64,000 nt of DNA from positions 146,031 to 210,030 of the forward strand of contig JAJDEB010000034.1 of assembly GCA_029260015.1 (NCBI GenBank), in the 5' to 3' direction. The notes under the pieces are model-generated. The model had not been told where the DNA came from. It did no database searches and saw only the letters and a program-made list of their open reading frames with translations. A program made the position numbers and the translations under genes. The stretch is from Phycisphaerae bacterium (GTDB lineage Bacteria > Planctomycetota > Phycisphaerae > UBA1845). Positions 62,858-64,000 of this stretch are shown one piece after another. Within the stretch, counting starts at the first letter, position 1, and the number at the start of each line of letters is the position of its first letter.

Positions 62858-64000
62858 CTACTTTAGTACCGTCACATGACCGCGGTGCGTTTGCTTTCTA
62901 CCTCCGCCATGACCTCTAAGAGGGCCGCCGCTTGAATCGCCGCCGGCCGTCAATCCGTACTTCAAGACTGTGACGTGTCCGTGACCGCCACCAGCGGTCA
63001 TTCCAAATTTCAAAACCGTGACGTGTCCATGCCCACCGGTACAATCGCTACGCCCGCAGCGAGAACATTTCTTGCCGGCTATACTCATGCTCGGACCGGT
63101 GCCCACACCACCTCCGCCGCCAGCGACCCCGCTTAGCTTCCAAGTTCGTGGCCCGCAGCCAGGTGTCGATCGACAATCGCCTTTGCACGCCACACAATAA
63201 ACGCACTTGCCTCCGCAATCGTCACGGCCGCAGTTCTTGCAGGTTCTTGCGACAGGACTCGATCCACCAGTACCACCTCCACCGGATGCGATGCCACCAT
63301 TGGTGTTGTTTGAACGCGACGAGTTGTATCCTACGCCGGTTGTACTTTCGGCTCCTTTTAGCACAGTGACATGCCCACGATGACGGACGCTGTTGGCAGT
63401 GGGCGGTAACTCGTTCGGACATGAATCTACCGATGACACACATGTTCCATCCGGACACGGATAAGGTGTTTCCATCGGACAACCCGAACCACCGCCCGGA
63501 GCCGCGTTCACCTTTTTGGAAAGGTCTGCGCCAGCTTTGAACTTCACTACGTTCTTCGCTGCGATCTTGATTTCCTTGCCCGTTTGAGGATTGCGACCAG
63601 TGCGCGCGGCCCGTTTTGAGATCGAAAATGAGCCAAAACCGACCAGGCTAATCTTGTCTCCCTTCTTGAGACTGGCACCATCTTTCGCCATCGCGTCGAT
63701 GAGTTCAGCTTTATTCATCAGTCCGAACGGATCGGAATGCGTCCAAGGATTGTTACCGCCATAGGTGTACGCATTGCCATTATTCAAGCTGTCAGCCCAC
63801 GCTCCCAACGGGTCGCGGGAGATGAACCTGCCGGAAATCGGATCGTGGTAGCGATTGCGGTTGTAGTAGAGGCCCGTCGCATCATCGTAGCGTCGCCCCG
63901 TGAATAGATATGGATTCTCGACCAGCGATGTCGGGATCGATACGCCCGCAGCATCAAAAACTTCCGGCTGACCGTAGTCCTGATATTCGTAGCGCTCGAC
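62858..64000 (-). CDS. 3' end of an Rhs/YD-repeat protein: the Rhs-associated core plus a novel variable C-terminal tip. The 5' end lies beyond the window.
   Basis: The reverse frame is open from 64000 and reads [19 protein letters not shown]...[67 protein letters not shown] 286-aa tip follows. The track start at 63808 is only the first in-frame TTG, which encodes Leu of DPLG. Confidence 0.85.
   Translation of the reverse strand, partial: VERYEYQDYGQPEVFDAAGVSIPTSLVENPYLFTGRRYDDATGLYYNRNRYHDPISGRFISRDPLGAWADSLNNGNAYTYGGNNPWTHSDPFGLMNKAELIDAMAKDGASLKKGDKISLVGFGSFSISKRAARTGRNPQTGKEIKIAAKNVVKFKAGADLSKKVNAAPGGGSGCPMETPYPCPDGTCVSSVDSCPNELPPTANSVRHRGHVTVLKGAESTTGVGYNSSRSNNTNGGIASGGGGTGGSSPVARTCKNCGRDDCGGKCVYCVACKGDCRSTPGCGPRTWKLSGVAGGGGGVGTGPSMSIAGKKCSRCGRSDCTGGHGHVTVLKFGMTAGGGHGHVTVLKYGLTAGGDSSGGPLRGHGGGRKQTHRGHVTVLK
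62939..63034 (-). repeat. Tandem 48-nt (16-aa) coding repeat GHGHVTVLK(F/Y)G(M/L)TAGG, two units, inside the Rhs tip
   Basis: I read the units at 62987-63034 and 62939-62986. The peptide is nearly identical between units while many codons differ. Confidence 0.85.
63509..63718 (-). other. HU/IHF-like DNA-binding segment fused in frame directly after the Rhs DPFGL motif
   Basis: [71 protein letters not shown] matches the HU beta-arm consensus GFG.F....RAAR.GRNP.TGE.I.I.A...V.FK.G. It lacks about 20 residues of helix 2. Confidence 0.7.

Noticed and set aside
63509-63718. The HU-like segment read as an independent hup gene starting at the ATG at 63718
   Set aside because: There is no stop codon between the Rhs core and this ATG, and no ribosome-binding-site-like purine run before it. 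The segment lacks helix 2 of HU. It continues in frame into 216 further residues. Internal initiation cannot be excluded without data.
1-64000. Mobile elements, prophage, CRISPR arrays, tRNA/rRNA genes and classical defence systems
   Set aside because: I saw no transposase, integrase or recombinase motifs, no regularly spaced direct repeats, and no tRNA-like T-arm/acceptor patterns in the intergenic gaps. I also saw no restriction enzyme, Cas, or abortive-infection-type ATPase or nuclease signatures. A by-eye scan cannot exclude small or degenerate elements.

Overview
This is a gene-dense 64-kb chromosomal window. I saw no rRNA, tRNA, CRISPR array, transposase or integrase. My lineage guess is a Planctomycetota/PVC-type bacterium. 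This is inference only, based on a PEP-CTERM tail, Cys-containing dockerin-like EF-hand modules on secreted enzymes, and many overlapping stop/start junctions.

Layout, left to right:
- 1-5.1 kb: two alpha-glucan hydrolases. One is an edge-truncated GH97 that is missing from the ORF track. The other is a GH31 with a CBM25-like module.
- 5.4-7.9 kb: a SulP permease and a Sir2 deacetylase.
- 8.0-12.3 kb: a TolC / MacA-like / ABC-ATPase efflux set with no permease gene.
- 12.3-18.9 kb: a minus-strand cheW-cheR-cheA-cheC(tandem)-cheD-cheY operon with no MCP or CheB. It lies directly downstream of a CapD/WbpM-type sugar dehydratase.
- 22.9-47.1 kb: a single-strand polysaccharide island of about 24 kb. 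It holds a GT-C-like protein, two WecB paralogues, Wzx, Wzy, three GT4 enzymes, two hexapeptide acyltransferases, a heparinase II/III-like protein, a DUF4091-like lipoprotein and a GmhA-like SIS protein. It also holds FkbH plus ACP, a deacetylase, a formyltransferase-like protein, and a SxtJ / carbamoyltransferase / 52-aa SxtK-like triad.
- 47.1-60.3 kb: secreted enzymes (NHL propeller, HExxH protease, LVIVD protein, PA14-like protein, M1 aminopeptidase) that all carry the same dockerin-like module, plus a DUF2891-like protein and a PEP-CTERM protein that do not carry it.
- 60.5-62.8 kb: a HAD-like protein and a GT-C-like membrane protein.
- 62.9-64.0 kb: the 3' end of an Rhs gene.

The most unusual item is the Rhs variable tip. 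It starts right after DPFGL with a truncated HU-type DNA-binding domain and continues with Cys knuckles and four copies of a GHVTVLK heptad. No immunity gene follows it.

Secondary candidates are the MCP-less che operon contiguous with polysaccharide genes, the ACP-dependent plus carbamoyl tailoring modules in the island, and the dockerin-tagged exo-enzyme cluster with no visible cohesin partner.

All family calls rest on motif recognition by eye. No database search was run.
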